Assembly: GCA_003971905.1 (NCBI GenBank)
Contig: RSEE01000018.1
Coordinates: 372,001-436,000 of the forward strand
Reading direction: 5' to 3'
DNA from: Moniliella sp. 'wahieum'
Taxonomy: Eukaryota
DNA length: 64,000 bases
In this document: piece by piece, positions 48,620 through 60,818 of the stretch
How positions within the stretch are numbered: the stretch's first letter is position 1
Layout of the letters: each line of letters starts with the position of its first letter
The notes under the pieces: model-generated
The model's database searches: none
Told to the model about the DNA's origin: nothing
Seen by the model: only the letters and a program-made list of their open reading frames with translations
Made by a program: the position numbers and the translations under genes

Positions 48620-51600
48620 ATGCTGTCCGTGCCCTCGCCCCCGCCCCCCCCGGGCGCGCAGCTGGCCCATCCACCCACCCTCCCCGCCGAGTCCCTGTCT
48701 GCGCCTGGCTCCACCTCCAGCTCCGCCTCCAGCTTCGCCTCCACCTCGGCCTCCCCCGCTTCTTCCGCCGACCCCCCTCGCATCTTCACTCGACCTGCTC
48801 GCTCCGCCCTGCGCCGCCCGTCGACAGTAGGTTACCCCTCCTCCCCCCATTCGCGCCTGTCGGCCAAGCGATGCTGACGGACGGACTGACTGACTGACTG
48901 ACTATCTTGCCTCCCCTAGGACCCCCGTTCGCACGCCCAGCAGTCCAGTACCCGAACTTCTGTCGAGCCACCCGCACTCTGCTCCTCGCCCGCCCCTTGC
49001 ACCATCCCCATGCCGACGGCGGTGAACCCTGTGCGGCCCCGCTCCTCCCAGTCGCAGCACGTACCGGACCTAGTCCCCCCACTCGCCTCGCCGTACTCCC
49101 GCCCGTCTATGGCCTCTTCTCTTGCCGCCACCCCCTCCACCGATCGGTTGTTGGATCCTTCGTCGCCGACCTGCACCAATCTGGCAAGCGCCCCTCCCTG
49201 CGCCTATTTCTCCCCGCCCTCCTACCTTACCCCACAGGCCCATCCATCGCAGGTGCCCAGCACCGCGCATTCCAGGAATACGGCTACCCTTCCCGCACTG
49301 ACCATGGCGCTGCCTTCGCCCTCCCAACCCTCAGCGCTTAAAGACACCTCTGACAGTTCACCACGAAGAGCCGCCTCTTCCGCATCCGCGTCGACCATCG
49401 CCCCGACCTTCTCCCTCTTGCGCGCTCGGGCCGCCCAACGCGCCGAAGGGTCCAGCAGCCGCGACGATCTGTCGGTGTCCTTGTCGCGCCAAACGTCGGG
49501 AACCGAAGCGGCGAGAGCACTGAGTTCGCCCGCGATCAGCCCTTTGGACTCCTTTCCGTCCCGCCGCTCTAGTACGCTCCGTTCCCTGTTCCGGCGGAGG
49601 CCGCCTACGTCCCCTGCCCAATCGTCCGGTCCGAGTGAAAGGGGGGAGGACGATGGGAAAGAGGAGGAGATGGAAGTGTCGCCATATGACACCTCGGCAC
49701 CATTTGCCTTTCCCACCTTGGCTGCCGGCTCTGATGGCGGCGGCAACATGTCGCCGACCCAGCGGAGCGAGGTGGGTGCCGACAAGGTGGCGCCAGCGCC
49801 GGCGGAGGAGGTGGGTGTGGGTGAGTCGGCGCGACAGAGCGAGAAGCGAGGGGAGGCGACCACCACGTTTGCCCCCGCGTCGATCACTCCGTTCAAGTTG
49901 CCTGACAGTGGGACGCTGCAGCCCATGCCCAACGAGACGCCGCACCACTTTTTCCAACGCGCCGTGGTCAACGCTGCGCCCGGCGACATTATCTCGAGCT
50001 TGGCCGGGTACGGGGACCGGTTTTATCTGGCTGCGCTTCGGGCGGGGATGGAGCGGTACGACTATGCGGGGGACCCGATCGACATGGCCATGCGCAAGTT
50101 TCTGTCTGTTCAACGTTTCGCTGCCGCAAGAAGCACAGCAGATTGATCGAGTGCTGGAGGCGTTTGCCAATCGATATACCACATGCAACGCCGACATCTT
50201 TACCGATCCAGGTATGTTGCCCCTTCTCCTCCCTAGCGTCAGGGAACGCGGAAAGTGAATTCGCGTACTTACTCATGTGTGCAGACTCGCTCTACATTCT
50301 TGCCACCTCGATCATGCTGCTGCACACGGACCATTTCAACAAGAACCTCAAGTCCAAGATGAGCAAGGCGGACTATGTGAAAAACACAGCGGGAGTTGTA
50401 CCGTTGATGCAGGCGAACGAGATGCTAGAGTATGTGTATGACAATGTGACGTGTGCGCCGTTTGTCTACCCCGAGCAAGCCAAGGACAAGAAACGATTGA
50501 AAGCCAAGGTCAACCCTTACTCGTTGCTGGCCCACAACCGCAACCGCTACCGCGATCTGGCCAGCGACTTGGCCCGCCTCTTCACTCTACACCCAACGTT
50601 GGCGGTGGACCACGATTACACGACCTTGGACGCTGCCAAGCTGGTGCGCCATTTCAGTGAATCGCCCACCATCCGGACCGCCAGCTACACGGCCTCGCCC
50701 ATCGCCATGGCCTCTCCCTCGGCGTTGGCCGTGTACACGTCGGGGCATGTGCCGCAAACGGAAGTGATCAATACGGTACGAGTGACCAAGTTGGACCTGG
50801 TTCACGGACGGGAAGAATCCGATTCGATTTCAGTACGCAAACCGGTCGCGTCCAACTGGTCCTCCTCCAGTTCGCGCACACGGCGCTGGGGGTTGCTACT
50901 GACCAGCAGCCAGCTGGTCGTTTTCAAAGACGCGTCCTATGCCGACATGTTGCTCCCATCTTGTCCAGTGCGCCAGGACCCGGCCAAGGCAGAGGAGGTG
51001 GTGCCCAACTTTGCGCCCGACTGTCTCTTGCATCTGTACGATGCCGTGGCATTTTGCGATGCGCAAACCGAGAAGGTTCCCAACGCCTTCAAAGTACGCA
51101 GCGACAACCCCACTACTGGCGTCCAACGCCTCTTCTTTTTCCAGCCTTCGTCCGAGGCGGAGCGGACAGATTGGATGGCCAAGATCAACTTTGCTGCGAC
51201 GATGCGCTGGGCCGGGGTACGCAAGGTGGATGGACTGTCCAAGGGGGAAGTGATTGCGTTGGCGCGCATGCGCCGTAGCTCAGCGGCAACTGCATGGTCC
51301 GGCACCCTGCCCCGTACCAGCGCCCTTACCACCAGTAGTGGCGGCAGCAATCCTGATGCTGGCGATCCGCAGCGCCGTCCCAGCTCGTCGGTGCCACGGG
51401 CGAGTGGGGTGACGGACGCACTGAGCGAAAGCATGAGCCAGCGCGAGTCGATGCGGGAGACGCGGCTAGCCGAGCTGGAGGCGCACTTTGAAGCCAAGTT
51501 GGCTGCAGCGACAGCAGTGATTGAAAAGGCAGAAGCGACGATGGATTTGACCCAACGGACCGCACGGCACTTTAGCATCATGACGCCACTGCAAAAGAGT

Positions 51601-52206
51601 ACCAAGGACCGTCTCATGTCGTGTGCGATCGGCTTGGCCAATCGGCTCAACCAGCTGTACCTCGACACGTTCAAAGCCCATCTCCGCCGTGCCATCCTGC
51701 TCTGTCCCATGGACCCGGGCCCGCTCGGCCGCCGCTCGTCGATGGCCCATGTCATCAACTCGTACCCCTTTGGCACGTCGCCCGCGGGCGAATTTAGCTT
51801 GACGGCACTCCAGAAACAGCTCAACGCATTTAGCTTTACTCCGTGTGACGCGCCTGCGGCCCAGGCGGACCGTCTATCGGTCGGAGGCGCCGAGGGACGC
51901 GCCCGCGCATCCTCCACGCTCTCTGAGTCGGCGGGACGGTGGCGCAAAGCGACCTCTCGAACGTCGTCGGTTGCTGTGCCACCCTCGATACCTTCCAGCT
52001 TTGGTTCGGCCATGGAACCAGAGCAGGTCAGCACTGTTGGCTCACCGTTCCTTGGCCTGCCGGACCCCTGGCTGGCGTCCTCGGGGCGCACGTCCCTACC
52101 GCCCCTGACGCCCGGATCGGAAGCCAAGCCCCCCAACTCGCTCCTCTCTCTCCCGTTTCGCCCCAGCAAGAAGAGCAGGACAAGATGGGGGAGCAGTTGT
52201 AACTGA
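48620..52206 (+). CDS. Sec7-domain Arf guanine nucleotide exchange factor with a PH domain (Syt1/Sec73-like)
   Basis: PIDMAMRKFL..LPQEAQQIDRVLEAFANRY..YILATSIMLLHTDHFNKNLKSKMSKADYVKN..LEYVYDNV (Sec7, catalytic Glu present); RRWGLLLTSSQLVVFKD..AERTDWMAKINFAA (PH). Introns about 48827-48919 and 50212-50284. Confidence 0.92.
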
Positions 52207-52799
52207 GGTTCGCTTTCCCTCCCCCCATCTGCTTCTCTCCCCTTTTTGTCTCCTTTGGCGGAGGCGCCAAAAGGCAGGTTTGAAGACAAGACTGGTCGGG
52301 AGGGAGATTTTGTTCGCAGGAAGGGTGCCACGGTTCGTATCCTTGTGGGCTCTCTTGCATTCTTTTACTGGCAAAAAGGGGCCTCTTATAACGCGTATTA
52401 TCTCCTTGTCGCCCCTCCTTTTTTCTCTTCTCGTATCACCATGTGTACTTATTTTTCCGCCCGTTTACACCGTAACCCGCCCCCCCACCCTTTTGTTGGT
52501 ACCCGCCATATGTATTTACTTCCCCCCCCACTCCTCACTAGGACGGTTAGGACGATAGCCCAACAGAGTGAGAGCATCCTTCTTTGAGCAAATGGTGTGC
52601 TGTGACTTGTGGTCCGATGGGAGAAGCAGGGTCAAGTACTAATTGCAAGACGGGCTCATGGAATAATCGCTGTATAATCAACACAGTGTGTATATGCGCT
52701 AACCACTGACTGGAGCCGGGCCAGGAGTCTACCTCCCGCCTGTACAAGATTACCCCGTGGATTCTCAACGTGTGCTACAAAAAACTTTCCAAACCGGAG

Positions 52800-55700
52800 G
52801 TAGCGCGCGTGGATACGACGGAGTGTGGTAGACATCCAAGCGGTGAACAATCCACTTTGAGACTCATCGCTGTATTCGTTTCAACCGCCCAAACATCTTG
52901 CTTGCCATAATCTTGGAGGAGTATATATCATCGTGTAGTCATATAACCAGAGAGAAGAAGGGCTCCTGGGTGCAGACGTGGTACTCGAAATTCTTGTCGC
53001 ATTCTGCTGGTTTCCAACAGTCGAGGCCGCACCTTATTCCAGCAGTGCAAATACGTTGCAGTTCGCTAGAGCACCACCCTCTGGGCTTGATATTATGGAG
53101 GTGGATACCGGGCATTGACCGTAAGAACTGAAGGATGGGCCCCACAAAGACTCGTGCAAGGCACCACACTGGGACTGGGTGCGGGTGCAAGCCATGAATG
53201 GCATGCCACCAAATTGCACATGATGCGCATGGAACCGCTCAAGAATCGGGGCTGGCGAACCGCTGAGCGTCTTGAGCAGGTCCTATCGGCACTTCTCCCA
53301 TGTCTAATCCTCCACTCCCATGCAAGTACGCAGGACCACAAGTCCATCCTCCCGAATCAGGGCCAGTTGCCGTTCGGCGCACGTGCGAAGGTTGACGGCG
53401 GGTTCTGGCGCCCTTGATCTCGCCAACAACGCCAGTGGAACACAGCCGGTATATCAGCCCCCCACAGCCTATGGGGGGCGGATCACAACACAAAGCAGGG
53501 CCGTCACAGATGCAGGCCCATCCCAACGTGTGGCGCAGGCATTCCAACAGCAGGTGGCCATCTCCAGCGGCCTACCCCACTTCCGCCCGTCAATCATCCG
53601 TTTGCCGGCTGGCATTTCGATGAGCGCCAATGCCGCCATTCCCACGGTGGCCAAACCGGCCCAGACCGACGGATCATGCGCCGTCGCGGCTCCACTCTTG
53701 TGTAGGTACGCTTTCTCCTCCGTTCTGCTTGGCCTTTGTTGATGAGCGCCAAGGTCCAACCAAAGCGTAGGCCGTGCCGTGAAGGACATGGGTACCTGGC
53801 CGAAATGGAAGGGTTAGATCAGTGGAGAGGAGGAGAGGAGATGGAACATACCTTGACCGCAACATAAAGAGAATCGTCGGTTGGCCGTTGAAGAGCGTCC
53901 GTGTGGCGTACCGACGGCCACATGCTGGCGATGAGGGATGGAGATGGAATCCAAGAGCCAAGGAGAGCGAGAGCTATGGGCCTGGATGGGCTCCTGGGGT
54001 GGAGGCCAGGGGAAGCTCGTGGAAGGTCCGCAGCTCACTGCCCCGGTGCCCTGTGTGCATCGGGCCACGTCTCCAGCCGAGCTCTTTTGTCGGCGTACCG
54101 ACGACCGCGCTGCGGGCTCGCATTGCACATTTCAACTCCGCGTTCCCCATGGGGATGCGGCCATGTCACATGTCACATCCCCTGTCACACCCCCTGTCAC
54201 AACTATGTCACAGCCCATGTCACAGCCCATTCACATGTGATCGCACGTGTCACGTCGCAGTCCTAGTAGTGGGTGCGTCCCCCCTCGCATCAAGAGGTCC
54301 AGTCGAGGATGATATTCAATGCCTCCTCTCCACGCAGCTTCATCCCACGGGCATTCCTAGATCCCTTCTCTCCAGCGTTACTATCCACTTCATCTACCCA
54401 GACGCCCGTTTTCATACCCTTGGCCTCACATTGTGCTATGCAATACTATACCAACCACATTGTAGTTTTAAACCAATCTCATTCTTCACGATCAACACAA
54501 CCGAAACGAAGACGAAAACAAAACGAAAACAAAGTCATTGGTCCAGGTCCCATGCGTCCACCATTTCCACCTCAGGGCAATACACCTCCTCCACCATGTC
54601 CCATGCATCCTGCATCTCCACCTCTGGGCAATGCACCTCCACCACCATCGGCCCATGGCGACGCTGCGCACGGTCACGCGAGGCTCGGCCGTGTTGACAT
54701 CGAACCTGGCCCGGGGCACCGCTGGCGCCAGCACCCGCTCCTCAGCCGCCTTTGGCTTCTTGCGCAGAATCGAAGGGCCTGGCTGGGCGTTGCGATCGTG
54801 CCCAACTTGGAAGTTCGGATGCTCGGATGGGAAAGATGGGCGCCAGCCAGTAGCGGGGGGGGTGTAGTTAGATGGCAGACCCGGGCTCGTGGTCAGAGGA
54901 GAGAGCGGAAGGTGAACTGGAACTCGGTCAGAGGCGGGAGGGGCAGCATTTCGGTACTGGGTGAGCGGTTCGAGAAGGTAGGTGGTGGGAGGGAGACAAG
55001 AAGTTTTGCACCCATCCGGGGTTATTTATGCCCCCGCCCCCGCCGCCGTTGGGGCGATATGAGGCATTTTTGCCCCAACGGCGGGGCACACTGCCCTCAG
55101 GCCTCAGGCCGCGCCTCGGCTTCAGCACACTGTGCTACCTCGACTGCTCCCATGCGGCGTGACGTGTACCTCGGAGCAGGCCGGGCAGCACACTGCCCTC
55201 AGGCCCCAGGCCGAACCCGCAGGCCTTAACCCAGCCCCACGGTGGATAATGCCAGACGAAGACCTGAATTCCCACGGTGGCCAAACCGGCCCAGGCCGAC
55301 GGATCGTGCTCCGTCACGGCTCCACTTGGGGAGGTAGGTTGTCTCCTCCATTCTGCTTGGCCTTTGTTGATGAACGCCAGAGGTCCAACCAAAGGGTAGG
55401 CCGTGCCGTGAAGGACATGGGTACCTGGACATGGGTACCTTGCCGGAATGGAAGGGTTAGCTCGGTGGAAATACAGGAGAAGAGAGATGGAACATACCTT
55501 GACCGCAACATAAGGAGAAGCGTGGGTTGGCCTTTGAAGAGCGCCCATGTCCTGCGACGAACATGTATGCGCCCCAGTACCGACACAATGTCCATTCCCC
55601 CGCCGTCAACCGAGACTGAATGGGCCGACTCGGACCGACTGGGTCCGGTCACTCCTCTTCCGGCGGTCGCCAGCATTGAAGCGGCTCGCATTGGCACCTT

Positions 55701-56560
55701 GCCTCGTCCCCAACAGATCGTCCGCACCGAAGTGGTTCGTGCCACCTCACCCCCTCTGCCATCCCCAAATGCGATCGACACCGAGTCGGTCGGATCCCGA
55801 TCGTGGCGTGCTCGTACCCCACGGGTTATCATACCAAGTAATGCAGGGGGCGGGCGTCCCATCGGGCACCCAAGGCTGATGGCCAGAGGTCGGGCGCCCC
55901 CTTTCCAGGCTCCGCTGTGCAGGGACAATGTCTCCCCTCGATGAATGACGGCCTTTGCATGTGTGGGCTGCTCGCCACCATCACAAGTACCCTGATCCTT
56001 TCCCCGTTTCTCCGACGAAGGAGGGACAGGCTCCATTCTCCTCCGTTTCCGGCTGCGATCGATATTCTTCCTGTCTGCGCTTCCAGAATCAAACACGTTT
56101 TCTCGATCAGACACACATAGCCATGATCTAGCACGTTACAATCGCCAACCAGAACGGTTTGGCCTGTGCAGTTCGACGTACCTTTTGGAAGTCTGGGTTG
56201 GGCATGTGGACATGTGGCCCGGTGGTCCTGTTTGACTTGGGTCTTGTGGTACCACGAACGGGGGCTGGGTCACTCGACCCTAAGGCAGATGGAGGCGGTC
56301 ATGCAGGGGCCGCAAAAAAGCGTCGCATGGCTTCCCATCCGCACCGGTCGCACATTCCATCCCCAAGTCGTTCCGCGTGGTGGCGATGGTGGTGGGCAAT
56401 GGCGCGAGCGTTGGGCATGTGCATGACGGCACAAGCGAGCCAGTCTCCAGCCGCGCTCTTTTGTCGGCGTACCGACGACCGCATCGTAACTTGCTATTGC
56501 CGCTGCGGGCTGCCATTGCACATTTCAAATCCAGCCCCTCCGCTTTGCCCATGGGGATGT
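52800..56560 (-). pseudogene. Two diverged copies of an unknown intron-containing gene or element
   Basis: 53638-53905 aligns by eye with 55268-55550, and 54068-54160 with 56441-56560. Both copies keep a GTATGT..CTAAC..AG intron and encode GRRYADKRARLET near the 5' end. In-frame stops are present. Confidence 0.55.
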
Positions 56561-56699
56561 CCGAGCGGATCTAGGCCCTAGGGACGACGAACTGCTGTAC
56601 ATGTGGCAAGGCTGTGTAATGCACACCGGCTTGGCCCGTAGGACCGTGTCTAAAGCCTCCGGGGCTTAGGCGCTTAGGGACGGGTAGAGGCAGGGGAGG

Positions 56700-58809
56700 A
56701 CAACCGCTGCCGAATTGCGCCCAGGCGTATTTCTCTGTCAACGCGTCGATGCAGGTCCAAGAGCTGTGGATGACCTAATCAAGTGGGCCACCCGAGCCGA
56801 GTTGTATTTGGCGTCGCAACTGACATCCTCCCGGGCCGTAACCATTCCCGAACCTCGCCATGGCCAACTCCCAGCTTCCAGCCCCCCGCGCGCTACAACA
56901 TCAACAACAACGATCGTAATGACTACGAGCCGATGGACCTAGATGGAGTGGAGGTCCGTCCCGCGGGCTGCAGGTTCCGGCTCACTGTTGAAGTCGACAG
57001 TACGCCCGTCACACCCGTGAGGGTGATCTCTGCATGCGTTGCGGGCACGCGGGTCATTGGCGTAACGGTGCTCCTTGGGCCAGAATGGCCATTGCCCCGG
57101 GCAGTGTCGCCGTCGGTTTTGGCCCCAAGGGATGTCTAATCAAAGTCGCCGAGCCAAGGGGGTCGGGCCAGGCGAACGAGAGGGCAGCTCGTCGAGCGCG
57201 CTGGAGCAGGCGTGCGATTAGGGGGGGGCCCCGCCGTGGATGTGCGCCACGTCCACCTACTCCTGCCGACGGTCGTCTAGCTACCGCGCCTACATGTTTC
57301 CAGACAGACTTGGGCACGCAAACCACGTTATTAAGCCTACTGGACACGAGGGTCGAGAGGTCGTTTATTGACCACGGAGAAGTGCGCAAGTATGGGTACG
57401 TCCTGACTCCCCTCTCTGCCCCCCCGCAGGTGCGGCCACTGGATGGGCGAAGGATCTGGTCCCATCAGGTTACTCACTCTTTCCTTTTGTCTTTTAACCT
57501 AGGCAGTCGAACGTTCAGCCACGAGTTCCTCGTTACGTCGATTCCGCGCTATGCCGCGGTCTTGGTTACCAAGTTTCTGTACGCCAATAAGGTCGCTCTC
57601 CTTTGCTCGAGATGGTTCAGACGAGCTTAGCTTTAAGGGCGATGGTCCCCCGATCGAGTGTTGTGGCATCATGAACATAATTACGAGCTTCAACAAGATG
57701 ACGATCTCGTCGGCCGGCAAGTGTGGGTCCACGATCAGGATGAGGTGGTGGCTACGCCCTGAGAGATTCAAGGTGCTCACGCCGAGACCGAGACTGATAG
57801 GGGCGTACGAGGACCAATCGCCCAAGGGAGAGGTGGTTGAAGCCATGCGGGGACTCAAGGAGCACGACAGTGGATACGAGGCCATCGTGGCGGGAGTGGA
57901 AGAGGGCTGTACACCGCAGGGATATGAGATGCGCAACGGGTTTCTTTACTTCCAAGGGACGCTCTACGTACCCGAGTCCGAATCACTGTGGTATATACCT
58001 TACTTTACGATCACCAAGACAAGCCCGAGGTTGCGCACCAAGGAAGAGAGCGCACGTACGATCAGCTGAGGCCTTGGTACGATTGGCCTGGAATGACCTT
58101 CGATGTGCGTCGCTACGTGGGAACGTGCTCGTCGTGTCAAACTGCGAAAAGCCGCCGCCATCGCCCCTACGGTTTACTGCATCCGTTGGAAATACCAGCC
58201 CGGCCTTGGTTCAGTTTCAGCATGGATCATTTCGGCCCCTTGCCAGAGGGAGGGCTTGGAAGCAAGGGTGAGACGCTGAGCATGTGGTGGTTGATCAGCT
58301 GTCCAAGATGGTGGTGCTCATGCCATACAGCTCGAGCGACACCGCAGGTCGCTTGTTCGAGCGACTGACGGTGAAGGTGTTCCACGTGTACGGGTGGCCT
58401 ACCGAGATCGTGAGCGGCAAGGTCCCTTGTCTACTTCCTCCCAGGTGCGTGGCTTTTGCGACAAGAATGGCATTAGCCAATGCATGGCCACTACCCAGCA
58501 CCCCTAGTCCGATGCGACTTGATTACGGCTCATCTGCGCCAATTCGTTAGCCATATACAATCCGATTGGGTCGAATACCTTCCCTCAGCCGCATTTACGC
58601 TCAACACTGATCACCCCGCCTCAACAGGATGTCTCCGTTCTACAGCATACATGGGTTCCAGCAGCGCAAACCAGGTGACCCAGTCACTGCCGCCCAGCCG
58701 GGTGGGCCAGGAGGAACATCAAGTGGTCCAGGCCGAGGTAACTGAGGCGGCCAAGGAAGCTTTGGAAAAGACGCGCAAGCGAGCCAAGCACTATGTCGAT
58801 CGGCTCTGA
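56700..58809 (+). mobile_element. Degenerate Ty3/Gypsy LTR retrotransposon relic (gag, protease, integrase; RT/RNase H missing)
   Basis: gag YEPMDLD (about 56925) and CMRCGHAGHW knuckle (about 57030); protease LLDTRVERSFID..VRPLDGR; integrase H..AHQGRERTY..WPGM..VGTCSSCQ, PYGLLHPLEIPARPW..SMDHFGPLP, VVVDQLSKM, YGWPTEIVS, QSDWVEYLPSAAF. No LTR pair seen. Confidence 0.9.
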
Positions 58810-59343
58810 ATGAGGAAACCCCGGAGGCTTCAAACACGTTACTACGACCCACAGCCGGTGCGTCCGCAGCCTTGCCGCATGTGCAGCCGCCTCCGCTTCA
58901 TGCCCAAAGGCCTCTCCGTGCGTGTGCGGCTGATGCGTGCCCGCAGTGAGAGGTCCTTTTGACGACTCGACGTTCGCATCCGACGAACTTGGAATAGTGG
59001 CAAGCCCAAGCCCGCTGGCGAGGAGGGGTCTGACAGGCTGGCCCCAAAATGGGTGTGATCCAGCCAGTCTCCTCGTTGCGAGAACCCGCAAGAAGGGTGT
59101 GCCTTGCAACCCCAATGGGGTAACGAGCAGCACACTGTCCCTAACCCATCCCCTGCGCTGGATGTGGGACAGACCAAAACAGGATACTTATATTTCTGGA
59201 TTTGATGCAGCATATGCTTCTCTCTACCTGTGATCCAATCCAATTAAATACCGCGCCCCCTCCTCTTCTCGCCCTCCTCCTCACCACCATCACCATCCAT
59301 CCATCCCCTCCCCTACCCGCTACCCAGTCACCTCACGAAGACC

Positions 59344-60020
59344 ATGCCTGCAATAAGCAACGCAACCGGTGCCAGCGGCAGTGGCCGCTCCTCCACTCCA
59401 GCGCCAAGCACACCCGGGCGGATATGGAGGCCGATGACATCTTCCAATCCGATGTCTTTGGCCGGTCGGCAAAGCGAGTATGTACCCTTCTTCCTTTTGC
59501 TCGCACTGGGCGAAGAAATCGTCCTCCCAATACACACTTCAGGAGTTTGCGGTGCAGCAAGTGGGAGGTCCATCGCTCCACCATCTGTCTATGAAGCAGT
59601 AAAGCAAGTTTTTCAACAGCCCCGAATGGGACCGCCACCAAAAGTTGAAAACGAAGATTGAAGCGGCCTTGGAGAAGAAAAGCGGAGCGTGGTCGTGTGG
59701 CGCGCGGAGACGAGGCCACTTAAAAAGCCATTCGAGCCAGCTCACATTGTCGAAGCCAAGATGCTGACTGAGTTTGGCTTCAGTGTTTCGTGGCCAATGC
59801 CCCATAACGCGCAAGCGGGGGTGCTGGGCATTGAGCTGATCGGGCTGGATAACATGGGGTGGTACTGCCCCCCTTGACTGCCCAAGTTGATGGGCGTGGA
59901 TGCACATTACTTGGCCAACCTGGAGCCTGGCCTCCACCTCTTTGTCGTGGCCGTGGTCGACATGCCTACCTTTTTCCCAGCTGAGCAAAAAAGGCGGAAG
60001 AGCACTACGTCTGTGTAGTA
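59344..60020 (+). CDS. Small hypothetical gene (possibly degenerate)
   Basis: ATG at 59344 after an AT-rich element and a pyrimidine tract; intron-like GTATGT (59478)..TTCAG (59542); downstream KPFEPAHIVEAKMLTEFGFSVSWPMP. No family recognised. Confidence 0.3.
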
Positions 60021-60818
60021 GTGCCAGAACCTCGGTGGTTGAGACTCTCCCCCGCCTCCCCGCCCCCACCTTTTGTCTCGTTCATCGTATGGGTGTACAC
60101 CACCCTTCCATGTCCCGTCTCAGAATCGTATGACGGTTTGCCTGGTCCAATTTGCCCACGACTCTAGAGATTGATAGCAGAGTAGATATAGGAAAGAGGC
60201 CGATGAACTCACCGGACCGTCAGTAGAAAAAGGTAGCTCGGATCCATCCCCATATTTCCATGGTTGGAGAAGTGTTGCGGTCAACAATGTAACGATTCAC
60301 ATATTCTACTTTAGGGCATAGGATGGCCACGTCCTCGCTCTTCAATTCCTTCTCAGCCAATGGCATCCGACCTTGCTTGCACAACAGAGCACATCACTTT
60401 TGTTCACCCATAACCCCCTAGCAGCTCTCAAGCATCCCAACCTCTCCGTCCCCGCTTGCCGAATGCTCCAGGTCCCATCACCCGCGAAAGTCACTAGTAC
60501 CCATCGCTTTCCTTCGACGCAAACTCCGGGAGTGTGAGGTGCAATCAATCTTAGGCGGGGTGGGGTACGCTGGCGCCCCCTGTACTGGCCATATGTTCGC
60601 TGAGAGAGATGTGACATGTGACAGGGGGACATAAGATGGCAGCAGCGGAGAGAGACCTATAGAGAGACAGAGTGCAATTAAGATCAAAACAGGGGATGCG
60701 GGTAGGTAGCACACAGGCCCATGCAGAAAGCAGGCCTTGGAGGAACAGTAGTAGGTGGCGCAGGAGGGTGGGAAAGCATGGAGATGACAATACAATGACC
60801 GGATAGAGACGCGCGGGA

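Noticed and set aside
50937..52331. Long antisense ORF (464 aa) opposite the Sec7 gene, and similar shadow ORFs elsewhere
   Set aside because: Expected by-product of GC-rich codon usage on the sense strand; no domain features.
53230..53400. IREDGLVVLR, similar to the N-terminus of 2OG-Fe(II)/PhyH dioxygenases
   Set aside because: The match is too short, no HxD..H triad could be placed, and the frame contains stops.
59135..59152. CCCTAACCC as a telomerase RNA template or interstitial telomere
   Set aside because: A single short match with no array and no supporting structure.
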